From contig CAYMFO010000031.1 in NCBI GenBank assembly GCA_964389825.1, positions 1-24,000 of the forward strand: DNA of 24,000 nt, written 5' to 3'. Positions 22,050-24,000 of the stretch are shown piece after piece (positions within the stretch are counted from its first letter, which is position 1; the number at the start of each line of letters is the position of its first letter). The notes beneath the pieces were generated by a model that was given only the letters and a program-made list of their open reading frames with translations, made no database searches and was not told the origin of the DNA. This DNA comes from an uncultured Geobacter sp. (GTDB taxonomy: Bacteria > Desulfobacterota > Desulfuromonadia > Geobacterales > Geobacteraceae). Both the position numbers and the translations under genes were made by a program.

Positions 22050-22178
22050 TCACGGGCAAAGACGCAAAGGAATTCCAACAGAAGCGGAACAAGCTGATAT
22101 CACCAGCAAGGTGAATGGTCCTATTTGGCAAGTTCCTGATTTTCCTTCGCGCCTTTGCGTGAGATCGCCTTTTTCAGG
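22050..22178. repeat. Copy B of the ~125-bp terminal-inverted-repeat element
   Basis: Aligns with 2588-2723 in the same orientation. Arms TCACGGGCAAAGACGCAAAGGAA (22050-22072) and TTCCTTCGCGCCTTTGCGTGA (22143-22163). Located between arsM and the downstream small gene. Confidence 0.7.
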
Positions 22179-22229
22179 TTGGTTAACAAATCAGGGATTA
22201 CCCTTCTTCTCCCATCGTGCGGAAAGACG

Positions 22230-23276
22230 CTAGGAACAGTCAAACGGCCCGTAATGGACAGACTTGTCGCCAGTTACGACAAAATGCCTGCCGAAACGGG
22301 TTTCCTCCACCATCGCCCCCGAGTTACCGCATACCAGCATCGGTTTGTCCTTGATGAACAGGTGATGGTCATCGAGGGGGAAGGCATCGGGGAAACCGGG
22401 CATAGTCCCTTTATAGACGGCAACCTGACCATAGTCTTCGCAGATATCTTCCAGGGGCAGCTTGAAGGTCCTGACGACCCGATAGGTGAAACCGGCCAGA
22501 CCGACCTTTTCCGCGGCGCCAGGTTTGCGCAGGGGCACGGGCTGCCTGCTGATGTTGCGGTAGTCATTGCAGCCAATATCCCGAAGAAGCCTGCGGAAGT
22601 CCTCGCTGTACATGGCGCGCGCGAAACCGGCCCGAAGAACGCACGAATCATCGGCAAGCCGGGGAGGAAGCCGCCGGTCGGCGAGCACCGTTGTGAAACA
22701 CAGCTCCCCGCCCGGTTTCAGGACCCGGAATATCTCGGAAAATATCGCACGCATGTCCGTGGAGATGTTGATAATCTCGTTGGTCACGACAACGTCGATG
22801 GAATTGTCCCCTATGCCGAGGGATCGCAGATCTTCGGGAAACCCCGTCATGAACCGTACATTTGGCTGTTCATAGCCGGATTTTTCCATCTGTCCGGGGA
22901 TGAACTTCTCCGCGACCTTTATCATCTCCTCCCGCATGTCCACGCCAATGACCTTGCCTGTCGGCCCGGCCAGCCGCGCAGCGGCAAAAGCGGTCAGCCC
23001 GTTGCCGCACCCCAGGTCGAGAACCACGCGCCCTTCCAGGTCCGGGGGCAGCGGAGAGCAGCTGCCGTGAGGCGCATCCAGCAACTCGGGAGGCATCTCC
23101 CGCAAGACATCGCCCATGCCCGGATGAAGTTGTTCAGCAACGCAACCGCAGCCGGATCTGATACGTTCCGCGAAAACCTCTTCATAGTAACTTTTCAGCT
23201 CATCGTTCACAGCATAACCCCCTTTATTGTTTTTATAATCATCAAGCAGATCCCGGAAACCGCGTCTCCAGCCCAT
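22230..23276 (-). CDS. arsM: Arsenite S-adenosylmethionine methyltransferase
   Basis: Collinear with ArsM as I recall it: SAM motif VLDLGCGNG, VIGVDM, KPGGEL, and conserved Cys residues (SGCGC, HGSCSPLP, EDICEDYGQ, PMLVCGNS). C-terminus FVVTGDKSVHYGPFDCS. ATG at 23276; TTG at 23285 is an alternative. Confidence 0.88.
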   Translation of the reverse strand: MGWRRGFRDLLDDYKNNKGGYAVNDELKSYYEEVFAERIRSGCGCVAEQLHPGMGDVLREMPPELLDAPHGSCSPLPPDLEGRVVLDLGCGNGLTAFAAARLAGPTGKVIGVDMREEMIKVAEKFIPGQMEKSGYEQPNVRFMTGFPEDLRSLGIGDNSIDVVVTNEIINISTDMRAIFSEIFRVLKPGGELCFTTVLADRRLPPRLADDSCVLRAGFARAMYSEDFRRLLRDIGCNDYRNISRQPVPLRKPGAAEKVGLAGFTYRVVRTFKLPLEDICEDYGQVAVYKGTMPGFPDAFPLDDHHLFIKDKPMLVCGNSGAMVEETRFGRHFVVTGDKSVHYGPFDCS

Positions 23277-23388
23277 CCGCCGCAATTAGATTCACTACAA
23301 AATTTTCCCTCTGATTACAACAAATCTTTCGCAAAGCCCTTCTCCTCTGGAGAAAAAGGCGGCGTGGAACAGTGTGACGGCCCTTCAA

Positions 23389-24000
23389 TCAGAACGCCTT
23401 GGACCAGAGAACCATGAAGCTGTTTCCGGATGTGCCGTTGCGCAGAAACTTGTTGTCATAGGCGTATTCAAGGTAAAGCTGGGAATCATAGAAAAAACCG
23501 GTGGTGAGGCCGACGGAAAAGGCCTCGCCGTCGGCGGAGGTCAGCTTGAGACGAAGTTTGTCTGAGGTGGCGTAGTCCGGGCGGTTGGCGCCCCAGGCAA
23601 AGGTGGCCCGCAGGTGCAGGTACATGAAAAACAGGAGCTCGTACCGGTATTCCAGGGTGCCCACCACGTAGTCGGAAACCGGAAAATCGTTGAAGAGCGC
23701 CCCTGGATAGGGAAGCCGGTAGAGATCGTCGGTCTCGTTGGGAAACGGTCCTCCGCCGGCGCGGAAGGCCGAGAACCGGTCAAGCCTTCCCACCGGAGAG
23801 ACCCCGCCGTGCAGGTAGCCTACCAGGCGGTGACGTTCCGACAGCCACGGAATCCCGCCTGCTCCGATCAGGTATCCGGACAGTTTCATGTATTCCCTGG
23901 TCTCGTCTTTATCGAAGACCAAGGCGCCGAAAGAGCTGTCGGACCATTTGTCGCGCCAGGTGTACTCCAGGTCCCCTCCGGTCGCCCATCCCTCGTGGGG
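23389..24000 (-). CDS. Outer-membrane beta-barrel protein, C-terminal part (5' end beyond window)
   Basis: The frame is open to the window edge (..PHEGWATGGDLEYTWRDKWSDSSFGALVFDKDE..). Alternating beta-strand pattern with aromatic girdle residues and a terminal ..FMVLWSKAF* with C-terminal Phe, typical of OMPs. Confidence 0.7.
   Translation of the reverse strand, partial: PHEGWATGGDLEYTWRDKWSDSSFGALVFDKDETREYMKLSGYLIGAGGIPWLSERHRLVGYLHGGVSPVGRLDRFSAFRAGGGPFPNETDDLYRLPYPGALFNDFPVSDYVVGTLEYRYELLFFMYLHLRATFAWGANRPDYATSDKLRLKLTSADGEAFSVGLTTGFFYDSQLYLEYAYDNKFLRNGTSGNSFMVLWSKAF

Noticed and set aside
22155-23417. 420-aa plus-strand ORF
   Set aside because: Antisense to arsM, which aligns along its length with ArsM motifs. 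No domain signature in the antisense translation.
1-24000. CRISPR arrays, rRNA/tRNA genes, transposases/integrases, mer operon genes, and in-frame TGA selenoprotein genes
   Set aside because: No regularly spaced direct repeats, no structural-RNA signatures, and no transposase-, MerA-, MerB- or MerR-like ORFs found. No pair of same-frame ORFs separated by a single TGA with protein-like sequence on both sides was seen.

Overview
24-kb GC-rich chromosomal window. Its gene content is typical of an anaerobic, deltaproteobacterium-like metal(loid)-transforming bacterium, but the taxon cannot be fixed from sequence alone. I support about 31 CDSs and found no rRNA, tRNA or CRISPR array.

Left part (1-7021): a translationally coupled split YeeE/YedE transporter pair, three small redox/metal proteins (ABM fold, half-ferritin, Cys-rich DUF5714-like), a PadR regulator, and convergent selenocysteine genes selA and selB separated by a compound palindromic REP-like element.

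Middle (7022-9970): a visibly lower-GC block with an EEP-family enzyme and small secreted proteins.

Core (10087-11414, minus strand): the mercury-methylation pair hgcA-hgcB with all diagnostic motifs.

Divergent from hgcA (11789-16866): an ArsR-headed seven-gene thiol/redox-transport cluster (Trx-like protein, Trx-membrane fusion, periplasmic Trx, CcdA, PF03773-type permease, rhodanese), preceded by a perfect 11-4-11 palindrome.

Right part (17147-23276): a Cys-rich protein / ferredoxin / Zn-ribbon trio, then arsR-arsC-acr3, then a radical SAM/SPASM enzyme that closes the same-strand ars cluster at a strong bidirectional terminator. arsM lies on the opposite strand. The window ends inside a partial outer-membrane beta-barrel gene.

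Non-coding highlights: a ~125-bp element with ~20-bp terminal inverted repeats present twice (2588-2723, 22050-22178), a recurring CGGATA / TATACGGATAT motif at several promoter regions, and a tandem-hairpin leader upstream of the ABM gene.

Most interesting hypotheses: (i) hgcAB and the divergent ArsR-controlled thiol-relay/permease cluster form one Hg-handling unit; (ii) the ars cluster carries a radical SAM module with its own Fe-S electron carriers, a candidate for anaerobic organoarsenical chemistry.

All functional calls rest on motif and family recognition by eye. No database search was run.
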